Below are positions 9,790 to 20,275 of a stretch of DNA of 64,000 bases, in pieces. Under the pieces are notes generated by a model that had not been told where the DNA came from, did no database searches, and was given only the letters and a program-made list of their open reading frames with translations. Source of the stretch: Rhabdothermincola salaria (lineage in GTDB: Bacteria; Actinomycetota; Acidimicrobiia; Acidimicrobiales; Acidimicrobilacustridaceae); assembly GCF_021246445.1 (NCBI RefSeq), contig NZ_JAJQXW010000001.1, positions 1,630,168-1,694,167 of the forward strand, given 5' to 3'. How positions within the stretch are numbered: position 1 is the stretch's first letter; each line of letters opens with the position of its first letter. Made by a program: the position numbers and the translations under genes.

Positions 9790-10007
9790 CCCATGCTCGC
9801 ACCCCCGGACGGACGGGCCCCCATCCCCCGGGACGCGAGGAGGGCCGGCCCCCAGCAGGGCCGACCCTCGACATGAGGCATCACGTGTCACTGCTCCCGC
9901 ACCGCCGTCACGCGGGAGCACGTGAGCCCCGGGCACGATCGCAGTCAGGTGGCGGGTCGGGAGCGCCAGCGACCCCGCCACACGCGGCGCTCCGCGCCGC
10001 CAGGGAC

Positions 10008-11117
<1,110 letters not shown>

Positions 11118-11651
11118 TTAGGACGCGTCGGCGACGGCGGAAAGCTCCGGGGATCGCCGCTCGATGCGGGGCAGGGCCACCCGGCCGGTGCGCTGGAGCG
11201 CGACCACGCCGTAGTTGGCGATGAGCTCGGCGAAGTCGTCGAGCTTCTGGGGGTGGCCCTCGAGCACCAGGGTGATCTCGTCGAAGCCGACCCCGACGAC
11301 GCGACCCTCGAACACGCCGATGAGCTCGATGACCTGGCCGCGCGTCTCAGGCGGTGCCTCCACGGTGACCAGCAGCAGCTCGCGCTCCACGGCGTCGCCG
11401 GGAGCCAGCTCGTCGATCTGGACCACGTTCACCAGCTTGTCGAGCTGCTTGACGATCTGCTCGAGGGGTGCCTTCTCGACGTCGACCACCGCGGTGATGC
11501 GGCTGAAGCGCTCGTCGTCGGTGGGGGCCACGGCGAGGGAGTGGATGTTGTAGCCCCGGCGGGCGAAGAGGCTCGACACGCGGGCGAGCACGCCCGGCTT
11601 GTCCTCGACGAGAACCGAGAGGATGTGCTGGCGACGGGTGGACGTGGGCAT
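11118..11651 (-). CDS. ilvN: Acetolactate synthase small subunit
   Basis: ACT domain LSVLVEDKPGVLARVSSLFARRGYNI; lies between ilvB and ilvC. Confidence 0.97.
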   Translation of the reverse strand: MPTSTRRQHILSVLVEDKPGVLARVSSLFARRGYNIHSLAVAPTDDERFSRITAVVDVEKAPLEQIVKQLDKLVNVVQIDELAPGDAVERELLLVTVEAPPETRGQVIELIGVFEGRVVGVGFDEITLVLEGHPQKLDDFAELIANYGVVALQRTGRVALPRIERRSPELSAVADAS

Positions 11652-13378
11652 CAGGACTCCCCTGGGCCGATGACGATCTCGGAGTTGGTCCTGCCGGAGG
11701 GGACCATCGGGAAGACCTTCTCCCGGGCGTCGGTGCGGAAGTCGATGACGACCGGCCGGTCATCGATGCTGTTGGCCTTCTCGATGGCGGGCAGCACCTC
11801 CTCGGGTGACTCGACCCGCATGCCCACGCACCCCATGGCCTCGGCCCACATCTTGTAGTCGGGCAGGTCGGGCGAGAGGTACACCTCGCTGTAGCGCTCC
11901 TCGTAGAACATCTCCTGCCACTGGCGCACCATGCCGAGGTAGGCGTTGTTCAAGATGGCGATCTTCACCGGGATGCGCTCGGCCGCCGCAGTGACCAGCT
12001 CCTGGGCGGTCATCTGGAAGCAGCCGTCGCCGTCGACGGCCCACACCATCTTGTCGGGGCGGCCGACCTTGGCCCCGATGGCCGCAGGCACGGCGAAGCC
12101 CATGGTGCCCAGCCCCCCGGAGTTCACCCAGGTGTAGGGGTGGTTGAACTTCCAGTACTGCGAGGTCCACATCTGGTGCTGGCCCACCCCGGAAGCGACG
12201 ATGGTGTCGTCGGGGGTGTTGTCGCGCAGCTGCTCGAGGACGTACTGGGGCTTCAACAGCTCACCGGGCTCGGACTGCTCGTAGCTGATGGGGTGCTTCT
12301 CCTGCCAGCCGCTCACCGTGGAGCGCCACTCGGAGCGGTCCGGTTGGTTCCCGGGGGCGCCGAGCTCCTTCAACGCCACGATGAGCTCCTCGATGACGAG
12401 GCGGGCGTCGCCGGTGATGGCCACGTCGGGCCGGCGGACCTTGCCCAGCTCGGCGGGATCGATGTCGACGTGGATGATCTTGGCGTCGGGGGCGAACCCG
12501 TCGAGCTTGCCGGTGACCCGGTCGTCGAAGCGCGAGCCGAGGGCGATGAGCAGGTCCGACTCCTGCATGGCGGTGACCGCCGTGTAGTTGCCGTGCATGC
12601 CCGGCATGCCCAGGCACAACGGGTGATCGTCGGGGATGGCGCCGCGGGCCATGAGGGTGGTGACGACCGGGAGGTCGAGCAGCTCGGCCAGGGCGGTGAG
12701 CGCCTCGGCGCCCCGCGCCTTGAGGATGCCGCCACCGGCGTAGATGACCGGGCGCCGGGCGGTGCCGATGAGCTCGGCGGCAGCCCTCACCAGGTCCGGA
12801 TCACCCTCCATGCGGGGGTTGTAGCCGGGCATGTCGACGGTCTCGGGCCAGTACCAGTCGAGCGCGGAGGCCGGGTTGGTGGGGTCGACGATGTCCTTGG
12901 GGATGTCGACCAGCACCGGCCCGGGGCGCCCGGTGGTGGCGATGTGGAAGGCCTCCCGGATGGCCCGGGGGATGTCCTCGGCCCGGGTGACCAGCTCGTT
13001 GTGCTTGGTCACCGACCGGGTGATGCCGACGGTGTCGACCTCCTGGAAGGCGTCGGTGCCGATGGCCTTGGACGCGACCTGGCCGGTGATCACCACGAGC
13101 GGCACCGAGTCCATGTAGGCGTCGGCCAGCGGGGTGACGATGTTGGTGGCCGCCGGCCCGGAGGTCACCATGGCCACGCCGGGGCGGCCGGTGACGTGGG
13201 CGTACCCCTCGGCCATGTGGCCGGCGCCCTGCTCGTGGCGCACCAGGATGTGGCGGATCGGCGAGTCGATGATGGGGTCGTACACCGGCAGGATGGCGCC
13301 GCCGGGCAGGCCGAAGATGACGTCGACCCCCTCCAGCTCGAGAGATTTGATGAGGGCGGAACCGCCGTTGGTCTTCAT
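11651..13378 (-). CDS. ilvB: Acetolactate synthase large subunit
   Basis: FGLPGGAIL, RHEQGAGH, GDGCFQMT...NN ThDP motif, GMVRQWQ. Confidence 0.98.
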   Translation of the reverse strand: MKTNGGSALIKSLELEGVDVIFGLPGGAILPVYDPIIDSPIRHILVRHEQGAGHMAEGYAHVTGRPGVAMVTSGPAATNIVTPLADAYMDSVPLVVITGQVASKAIGTDAFQEVDTVGITRSVTKHNELVTRAEDIPRAIREAFHIATTGRPGPVLVDIPKDIVDPTNPASALDWYWPETVDMPGYNPRMEGDPDLVRAAAELIGTARRPVIYAGGGILKARGAEALTALAELLDLPVVTTLMARGAIPDDHPLCLGMPGMHGNYTAVTAMQESDLLIALGSRFDDRVTGKLDGFAPDAKIIHVDIDPAELGKVRRPDVAITGDARLVIEELIVALKELGAPGNQPDRSEWRSTVSGWQEKHPISYEQSEPGELLKPQYVLEQLRDNTPDDTIVASGVGQHQMWTSQYWKFNHPYTWVNSGGLGTMGFAVPAAIGAKVGRPDKMVWAVDGDGCFQMTAQELVTAAAERIPVKIAILNNAYLGMVRQWQEMFYEERYSEVYLSPDLPDYKMWAEAMGCVGMRVESPEEVLPAIEKANSIDDRPVVIDFRTDAREKVFPMVPSGRTNSEIVIGPGES

Positions 13379-13455
13379 GGTGTGGTCCTCGGTGCGGGGC
13401 GTGGTGGCGTGGGGAGGTGGGGCTGGACGGTCGGGGAGGCGGCCGCTCGGCGGCG

Positions 13456-13490
13456 AAAACGCAACCGACCTCCCGCAAGTGGGAGGTCGG
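13456..13490 (-). terminator. Attenuator terminator of the ilvBNC leader
   Basis: Minus strand CCGACCTCCC-ACTTGC-GGGAGGTCGG followed by TTGCGTTTT. Confidence 0.85.
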
Positions 13491-13523
13491 GGACGCGCAC
13501 GCGGCGAGAGAGGCCGGCGTGCG

Positions 13524-13571
13524 CTAGCGGAGTACTACGAGCGAGATGACGATGATGTCCGCGGGGCTCAT
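13524..13571 (-). CDS. ilvL: ilv operon leader peptide MSPADIIVISLVVLR
   Basis: 15-aa ORF with 8 Ile/Leu/Val among its last 10 codons, including rare GTA GTA; directly upstream of the terminator and ilvB. Confidence 0.85.
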   Translation of the reverse strand: MSPADIIVISLVVLR

Positions 13572-13643
13572 AGGCCGACCAGTGTGCCAGGCCCGCTGCG
13601 CCGGCGGCAACTCGGGCCGACAGCGAGGCCCAGCCGAACGCGA

Positions 13644-13671
13644 CGGTGGCGGGCCCGAGGGCCCGCCACCG
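13644..13671 (-). terminator. Perfect hairpin after the Gly-rich protein gene
   Basis: CGGTGGCGGGCC-CGAG-GGCCCGCCACCG. Confidence 0.6.
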
Positions 13672-13701
13672 AGGACGACGCTTGGCTGGTGCGACGAGCG
13701 A

Positions 13702-14697
13702 TCAGCCGGTGAAGCGGGGGGTGACCACGGCCGGCCGAGCGGCCGTAGTGGTGCTCGGCGTGGGGGTGGACGTGGTGGTGGTGGTGGGAGCCACACCGCA
13801 GTCCGCGGGCTGGTCGGCCGGGTCGTAGCTGATGACCAGGGCACCATCGCCCTCGTTGAACCCGGTCTCGAACACTGCGCCGGCCGGGCCGTAGCTGGAG
13901 CCGCCACCGCCGCCTGCGGCGGCACCACCCCCGCTCACCACGGCGCCGCCGCCGCCGCCACCGAAGTAGCCGCCGCCGCCGCCACCGCCGCCGCCGTTGT
14001 AGAGGTCGGGGGTGTTGTCGACCGTGCCGTCGCCACCGTCGCCGCCGTCGAACGTGACACCCGCGCCGGCGGTGACGCTGCCGCTGTAGTCGACGCCCGC
14101 CGCGCCCCCGGCCGCTTGGGTGCCGCCGCCACCGCCGGTGGTGGCGGCCTCGCTGCCGTCGGCACCGGCCACCCCGACCTCGCCCCCGTCGCCACCGTCG
14201 CCTTCACCCACGCCGGCGAAACCCCCGACACCGCCCCCGCCGCCGGCCACGACGAGGGGTTCGGGTCCGTCGGGGATCAGCCCGGAGAGACCGCCACCGC
14301 CGCCACCGCCCGAGGTGACCTCCTGCGCGGTGCCACCGTCGCCGCCGCCACCGACACCGCCAGCGCCGCCGATGCCCTCCACGGCGTCTTGCCCCTGGCC
14401 GCCGACGACCACCACGAGCTCGTCGCCCGGCGTCACGGTGACCGTCGCCAGCACCCGCGCACCGAGACCGGCCGCGAGGCCGCCTTCGGGGCCCCCCTCG
14501 TCGTAGCCGCCCGAGGCACCCCAGGCCTCGACATCGATCTCGCAGATCCCGGTCGGGACGATCCAGTCGAGCACGCCCGGCACCTCGAAGCCCTCCACCA
14601 CCGGCTCCAAGGACTGGCCGCCAGCGGTGGCCGGCAGCACCAGCACCGAGGCCACGGCCACGGCCGCTGCGGTCACACCACGTCGAGTCCGTCGCAT
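13702..14697 (-). CDS. Secreted glycine-rich domain protein (ALK/LTK GRD-like) with Thr-rich linker and PRFTG tail
   Basis: Signal peptide MRRTRRGVTAAAVAV...; WIVPTG...EAWGASGG, VTPGDELVVVVGGQG, LVVAGGGGG; GGAGG RBS. Confidence 0.8.
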   Translation of the reverse strand: MRRTRRGVTAAAVAVASVLVLPATAGGQSLEPVVEGFEVPGVLDWIVPTGICEIDVEAWGASGGYDEGGPEGGLAAGLGARVLATVTVTPGDELVVVVGGQGQDAVEGIGGAGGVGGGGDGGTAQEVTSGGGGGGGLSGLIPDGPEPLVVAGGGGGVGGFAGVGEGDGGDGGEVGVAGADGSEAATTGGGGGTQAAGGAAGVDYSGSVTAGAGVTFDGGDGGDGTVDNTPDLYNGGGGGGGGGYFGGGGGGAVVSGGGAAAGGGGGSSYGPAGAVFETGFNEGDGALVISYDPADQPADCGVAPTTTTTSTPTPSTTTAARPAVVTPRFTG

Positions 14698-14976
14698 CAC
14701 GGTTCCTCCATCGAGTTCGAGTCGGACGAACAGTAGTGGGCCGGGCAACTGCCGCGCCGGGATCCCGCCAGTGCCCAGCAGGTGACCGACCCGACACCCG
14801 ATCGGGATCGTCTCGAAGCACGGCGGGCGCCGGCGCGAAGGCCGGCGTCGCCGCGACGCTGACCCCCACCAGCGCCCGTGCTTCCGCCGACCCCGAGACG
14901 CGCAGTGCCGTGAGCCCGGACGGGCGTCGTCGATGGTGACGCCGGCAGCCGGACCCGCCGTCGCTCGTTCGCCGAG

Positions 14977-16659
14977 CTACTTCGGCAGGGTGATGGCGCC
15001 CTTCTCGGCGCCCTGGGCCAGGCTGGCGTACTTGGCCAGCACACCGCTGGTGTAGCGGGGCTCGGGGAGCTTCCACTCGGCCCGACGACGCTCGAGCTCG
15101 GCGTCGTCGACGAGGAGGTCGATGGTGTGGCTCACCGTGTCGATGACGATGCGGTCACCGTCGCGCACGAAGGCGATGGGCCCGCCGTCGACGGCCTCGG
15201 GGGCCACGTGGCCGATGCAGAAGCCGTGGGTGCCACCGGAGAAGCGACCGTCGGTGACGAGGGCGGCGTCGCCACCGCGGCCGGCGCCCTTCATGGCGCC
15301 GGTGACGGCGAGCATCTCGCGCATGCCCGGGCCGCCCTTGGGACCCTCGTAGCGGATGACCACCACGTCGCCGGCCTGGATCTTGCCGGCCATGATCTCG
15401 TCCATGGCGGCCTGTTCGCCGTCGAACACCCGGGCGTTGCCCTCGAATCGGTCGAAGTCGATGCCCGCCACCTTGACCACCGAACCGTTGGGGGCCAACG
15501 ACCCGGTGAGCACGGCGATGCCGCCCACGGCGTGGATGGGATCGGACAGGCGGTGCACCACGGCTCCATCGGGAGCGGGAGGTCCGATGTCGGCGAGGTT
15601 CTCGGCCACGGTCTTGCCGGTGACGGTGAGGCAGTCGCCGTGGATGAGCCCGGCCTCGAGCAGCTCGGCCATGACCATGGGCACGCCGCCCACCCGGTCG
15701 AGGTCGACCATGTGGTACTGACCGTGGGGCTTGGTGTCGGCGATGTGGGGCACCCGGGCGGCGACCTTGTTGAAGTCGTCGAGCTCGAGCTCGACCCCGG
15801 CCTCGGCGGCGATGGCCAGCAGGTGCAGCACGGCGTTGGTCGAACCGCCGAGGGCCATGGTGACGGCGATGGCGTTCTCGAACGCCTGCTTGGTCATGAT
15901 CTGGCGGGGGCGGATGTTCTGGCGCAGCAGCTCCATGACCGCCTCGCCGGACGCCTTGGCGTAGTCGTCGCGCCGGCGGTCGACGGCGGCCGGTGACGCC
16001 GAACCGGGCAGCGACATCCCGAGGGCCTCGCCGATGGAGGCCATGGTGTTGGCGGTGAACATGCCGGCGCAGCTGCCCTCGGTGGGGCAGGCGTTGCGCT
16101 CGATGGCGTCGAGCTGCTCGGCGGTGATGGCGCCGGTGGCCTCGGCCCCCACCGCCTCGAAGACCGACACGATGTCGAGGACCTGGCCGTTGGCGTTGCC
16201 GGGCAGGATCGACCCGCCGTAGACGAACACCGCGGGCAGGTTGAGGCGGGCCGAGGCCATGAGCATGCCGGGGAGGCTCTTGTCGCAGCCGGCGAAGGAG
16301 ACGAGAGCGTCGAAGCGCTCGGCGTGCATGACCGTCTCGACCGAGTCGGCGATGACCTCGCGGCTCACCAACGACGCCCGCATGCCCTCGTGGCCCATGG
16401 AGATGCCGTCGCTTACGGCGATGGTGACGAACTCGATGGGGAAGCCCCCGGCGGCGCGAACACCGTCCTTGGCCCGCTTGGCCAGGCGGTCGAGCGGCAG
16501 GTTGCAGGGCGTGACCTCGTTCCACGACGAGCACACCCCGACCTGGGACTTCTCCCAGTCGTCGTCGCCCATGCCGATGGCCCGCAACATGGCCCGGGCC
16601 GGGGCCCGCTCCTTGCCGGAGGTGACCTCGTGGGAGCGGGGCTTCATCGGGTCGGTCAT
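14977..16659 (-). CDS. ilvD: Dihydroxy-acid dehydratase
   Basis: [47 protein letters not shown]. Confidence 0.98.
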   Translation of the reverse strand: MTDPMKPRSHEVTSGKERAPARAMLRAIGMGDDDWEKSQVGVCSSWNEVTPCNLPLDRLAKRAKDGVRAAGGFPIEFVTIAVSDGISMGHEGMRASLVSREVIADSVETVMHAERFDALVSFAGCDKSLPGMLMASARLNLPAVFVYGGSILPGNANGQVLDIVSVFEAVGAEATGAITAEQLDAIERNACPTEGSCAGMFTANTMASIGEALGMSLPGSASPAAVDRRRDDYAKASGEAVMELLRQNIRPRQIMTKQAFENAIAVTMALGGSTNAVLHLLAIAAEAGVELELDDFNKVAARVPHIADTKPHGQYHMVDLDRVGGVPMVMAELLEAGLIHGDCLTVTGKTVAENLADIGPPAPDGAVVHRLSDPIHAVGGIAVLTGSLAPNGSVVKVAGIDFDRFEGNARVFDGEQAAMDEIMAGKIQAGDVVVIRYEGPKGGPGMREMLAVTGAMKGAGRGGDAALVTDGRFSGGTHGFCIGHVAPEAVDGGPIAFVRDGDRIVIDTVSHTIDLLVDDAELERRRAEWKLPEPRYTSGVLAKYASLAQGAEKGAITLPK

Positions 16660-16684
16660 GGGCCGAGATTAGGCTCCGCTGGCG

Positions 16685-17674
16685 ATGACGGACCACTCCC
16701 CACCGGCTGCCCCGACGGGCGGTACGGCCCCGTCGGGCACCGTCATCGCCGACGCCGTCATCACCGCGACCGGCGTCACCCGTCGATTCGGAGCGGTGAC
16801 CGCCCTCGACGGGGCCACGTTCGCGATCGGGGCCGGCATCACCGGCCTGCTCGGCGCCAATGGGGCGGGCAAGACCACCCTCATGGGGCTCCTCCTCGGC
16901 CTGCACCGCCCCGACGACGGGCGGCTGCGGGTCCTGGGCCTCGACCCCACCGTGGCCGGGCCGGCGGTGCGGGCGCGCATCGGCTACTCCCCCGAGCACC
17001 ACCTCCTGCCTCCCGACACGCGGGCCCACGACCTGGTCCGCCACCTGGCCGAGATCCACGGGCTGCCCCACCGCGAGGCGACGGCCCGGGCCAGCGACGC
17101 CCTCTGGCAGGTGGGCCTGGGCGAGGAGCGCTTCCGGCCGGTCGGCACCATGTCGACCGGCCAACGCCAGCGGGTGAAGCTGGCCCAGGCCATCGCCCAC
17201 GACCCCGCGCTCGTCCTGCTCGACGAGCCCACCGACGGCCTCGACCCGGTGCAGCGCGACGAGATGCTGGCCCTCATCCGGCGGGTGGGCACCGAGTTCG
17301 GCATCCACGTGGTGATCTCCTCGCACCTGCTCGAGGAGGTCGAGCGCACCTGCGACGCCGCCGTCATCCTGCGGGCCGGCCAGGTGGTGGCGGCCGGACC
17401 CCTCACCGAGCTCACCGGCCAGGGACGAGGGGTCGTGGTCGAGGTCGACGCCAGCGTCGACGACGTGGCCGCCCGCCTGCGGGCCGCGGGCCTGCAGGTC
17501 GCCGTCGACGGCCTGCGCCTCATGGTCACCGAGGCCGACGGCTCGGGCCCGCCCGGCGACGTGGTGATCCACGACGCCGTGCGCGACGCGGTCGTGGCCG
17601 CCGGGGTGGGGGTGCGACGGCTGAGCGACCGCACCGTCCGCCTCGAGGACGTCTTCCTGGAGGTCGGCGCGTGA
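16685..17674 (+). CDS. ABC transporter ATP-binding protein
   Basis: Walker A GANGAGKTT, signature MSTGQRQR, Walker B LLDEP. Confidence 0.95.
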   Translation: MTDHSPPAAPTGGTAPSGTVIADAVITATGVTRRFGAVTALDGATFAIGAGITGLLGANGAGKTTLMGLLLGLHRPDDGRLRVLGLDPTVAGPAVRARIGYSPEHHLLPPDTRAHDLVRHLAEIHGLPHREATARASDALWQVGLGEERFRPVGTMSTGQRQRVKLAQAIAHDPALVLLDEPTDGLDPVQRDEMLALIRRVGTEFGIHVVISSHLLEEVERTCDAAVILRAGQVVAAGPLTELTGQGRGVVVEVDASVDDVAARLRAAGLQVAVDGLRLMVTEADGSGPPGDVVIHDAVRDAVVAAGVGVRRLSDRTVRLEDVFLEVGA

Positions 17675-18549
17675 GCGACGCCCGCATCCTCGATCGCGGC
17701 TACCGCGCCTACACCGGCCCCCGTACCGGCGTGCGGGGGGCGGTGCGTTCGCTGGTGGTGCACTCCACCCAACGGGCGCTCGGCCTCAAGCGGCCGGTCT
17801 GGCAGAAGGTGCTGCCCCTGCTGGCGGTGTTCATCGCCTACGTCCCCGCCATCGTCTTCGTGGGCATCAGCGTGCTGCTGCCCGACGTGCTGCTCGACAA
17901 CGCCGGCGTCCTGCCTACCTACGTCGACTACTACGGGTTCATCTCGGCCGCCATCGTCGTGTTCGCCGCGTTCGTCGCTCCCGAGCTGCTGTGCACCGAC
18001 CGGCGCACCGGCATGCTCGGGCTCTACCTGGCGTCACCGCTCACCCGCAACACCTACCTCTTGGGCAAGGCCGTCGCCGTGGTCGTGCTGCTGGCCCTCG
18101 TCACGCTCGGTCCGCTGCTGTTGATGCTGGCCGGGTTCGTCATCGTGGGACGCGGGCCCGACGGCCCGGCCGCGGTGGCCGAGCTGCTGCTCCAGATGGT
18201 CCTCGGGGGGCTGGCCGTGGCCGTGGTGCAGGCCGCCCTCTCCCTGGCCGTGGCCTCCACCACGTCGCGCAAGGCGGCAGCCTCGGCGGCGATCATCCTC
18301 ATCTTGTTGGCCAGCACCGCCGTGTCTGACGCGCTGCTCACCAGTGCCGCCGCCCCCGACATCGCCTTCGGCCTCAACCTGGTCCAGCTCCCCTTCGAGC
18401 TGGTCGCCCGCATCTACGACGAGCCCAGCGGCATCACCTCGGCCCGCGACATCGCCACCGGCACCATCGTCGCCCTCTACGCCGGGTGGACCGCCCTGTT
18501 CGCCGGGTTCACCTGGCTGCGCTACCGCAGGATGACGGTCACCCGGTGA
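17671..18549 (+). CDS. ABC-2 type permease
   Basis: GTGA overlap; several TM segments; LYLASPLTRNTYLLGK. Confidence 0.85.
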   Translation: MSDARILDRGYRAYTGPRTGVRGAVRSLVVHSTQRALGLKRPVWQKVLPLLAVFIAYVPAIVFVGISVLLPDVLLDNAGVLPTYVDYYGFISAAIVVFAAFVAPELLCTDRRTGMLGLYLASPLTRNTYLLGKAVAVVVLLALVTLGPLLLMLAGFVIVGRGPDGPAAVAELLLQMVLGGLAVAVVQAALSLAVASTTSRKAAASAAIILILLASTAVSDALLTSAAAPDIAFGLNLVQLPFELVARIYDEPSGITSARDIATGTIVALYAGWTALFAGFTWLRYRRMTVTR

Positions 18550-19535
18550 CCCCGCTCCCTCCGCCTCCGACCGACGGTCGCCCGCCCCCGCCGGGCCCGC
18601 CCGACCCGCCGGTGCCGCCCGACGCCCGCATCGTCGTCCACCACGTCTCGAAGTGGTTCGGGGACCTGGTGGCGGTGTCGGACGTGACCTTCCACGTGGG
18701 GCCGGGCGTCACCGCCCTCCTGGGCCCCAACGGCGCCGGCAAGTCGACCATGATGCGCCTGCTGTGCGGGCTCACCCCACCGTCGCAGGGCACCGTCACC
18801 GTGCTCGGAGGCAACCCCCGCCGCGACGTTGAGCTGACCGGACGCATCGGTCTGGTCCCCCAGCAAGAGACCCTCTTCGAGGGCTATTCAGCCCTCGAGT
18901 TCGTGCGCCTCGCCGCCGTGCTGCACCGCCGCGACGACCCCGAGGGCGCCGCCCGCGACGCGCTCGCCATCGTCGAGCTCGACCCCGACGAGCCCCGCCC
19001 CATCGCCGGCTTCTCCAAGGGCATGCGCCAACGGGCCAAGGTGGCCCAGGCAATCGTCCACGACCCCGAGGTGGTGGTGCTCGACGAGCCCCTCACCGGC
19101 CTCGACCCCCGCCAGCGCATCCACCTCATCGGGCTGTTCCAACGTCTGGGGGCAGAGGGCAAGACGGTGGTGGTGTCGAGCCACGTCCTCGACGAGGTCG
19201 AACGCTTCGGCAGCCGGGTCCTGGTCATGGCCCAGGGCCGCCTGGCCGCCGAGGGCGACTTCCACGCCATCCGCGACCTCATGGACGACCGTCCCCACCG
19301 GGTGCGGCTGCGCAGCGACGCCCCCCGGGCGCTGGCCAGCGGGCTGCTCCACCGAGGCGTCGTGGTCGCCATCCGTCTCACCGGCGACGACACCGTGGTC
19401 GTCGACACCACCGATGCGGCCCGCCTGCGCCGAGAGGTGCCGGTCGTCGCCGCCGAGCACGGCGCCCGTTTGCTCGAGGTCGCCCCCCTCGACGACGACC
19501 TCGAGAGCGTCTTTCGCTACTTGGTGGGGGGCTGA
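18546..19535 (+). CDS. ABC transporter ATP-binding protein
   Basis: GPNGAGKST, FSKGMRQR, VLDEP. Confidence 0.95.
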   Translation: MTPLPPPPTDGRPPPPGPPDPPVPPDARIVVHHVSKWFGDLVAVSDVTFHVGPGVTALLGPNGAGKSTMMRLLCGLTPPSQGTVTVLGGNPRRDVELTGRIGLVPQQETLFEGYSALEFVRLAAVLHRRDDPEGAARDALAIVELDPDEPRPIAGFSKGMRQRAKVAQAIVHDPEVVVLDEPLTGLDPRQRIHLIGLFQRLGAEGKTVVVSSHVLDEVERFGSRVLVMAQGRLAAEGDFHAIRDLMDDRPHRVRLRSDAPRALASGLLHRGVVVAIRLTGDDTVVVDTTDAARLRREVPVVAAEHGARLLEVAPLDDDLESVFRYLVGG

Positions 19536-19536
19536 C

Positions 19537-20262
19537 GTGGCGGCCCTCTCCCCCACCACCCTGCCCATCTACCGGTTGCTGCTGCGCACCCAGGTCAACC
19601 GGGGCCGGGTCCTGGCCCTGCTGGCCATCGGCGCGGTCGGCATCGTGGTGAGCATCGCCATCGGCTCCACCACCTCGTTCGAACCGGTCGAGCGCGGCGC
19701 CCGCTTCGTCAACGCCTTCGGCCTCTCCCTGCTGGTCCCGGTGACGGCCCTGGTCTTCGCCGCCGCCTCGCTGGGCGACCTCGACGAGGACGGCACCCTC
19801 GTCTACCTGTGGCTGCGACCGGTCCGTCGCTCCCGCATCGTCGTGGCCGCCGCCGCCTCCTCGCTGACCGTGGCCTGGCCGCTGGTCGTGGTGCCCCTGG
19901 CCGTGGCGGCGTGGGCCACCGGTGGCGGCGCCGATCTCGTCGTGGGCACGGTCGTGGCCACCACGTTGGCGCTGACCGCCTACACCGGCCTGTTCTGCGC
20001 GCTCGGCCTGCGCGTGCGCCGCTCGTTGGTGTGGGGACTGCTCTACATCTTCATCTGGGAGGGGTTCATCGCCACGGCCAACGACACCGCCGCCCGCCTG
20101 GCGGTGCGCACCTATGCCCGCTCGGCCCTCAGCGACATCGCCGACGTGACCCTCAGCTTCGCGGCCGTGGCCTCGCCCTACCGCTGGGTGGTCCCTCCGC
20201 TCGTCGGCGTGGCCGCGCTGGTGTACGCCACCCGTCGACTGTCCCGCCAGGACGTGGCGTGA
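19537..20262 (+). CDS. ABC-2 type permease
   Basis: TM segments; DGTLVYLWLRPVRR. Confidence 0.85.
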   Translation: MAALSPTTLPIYRLLLRTQVNRGRVLALLAIGAVGIVVSIAIGSTTSFEPVERGARFVNAFGLSLLVPVTALVFAAASLGDLDEDGTLVYLWLRPVRRSRIVVAAAASSLTVAWPLVVVPLAVAAWATGGGADLVVGTVVATTLALTAYTGLFCALGLRVRRSLVWGLLYIFIWEGFIATANDTAARLAVRTYARSALSDIADVTLSFAAVASPYRWVVPPLVGVAALVYATRRLSRQDVA

Positions 20263-20275
20263 CCACCATCGGGCG

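Noticed and set aside
13880..14400. GCC/CCG tandem repeats
   Set aside because: They encode poly-Gly tracts of the glycine-rich domain.
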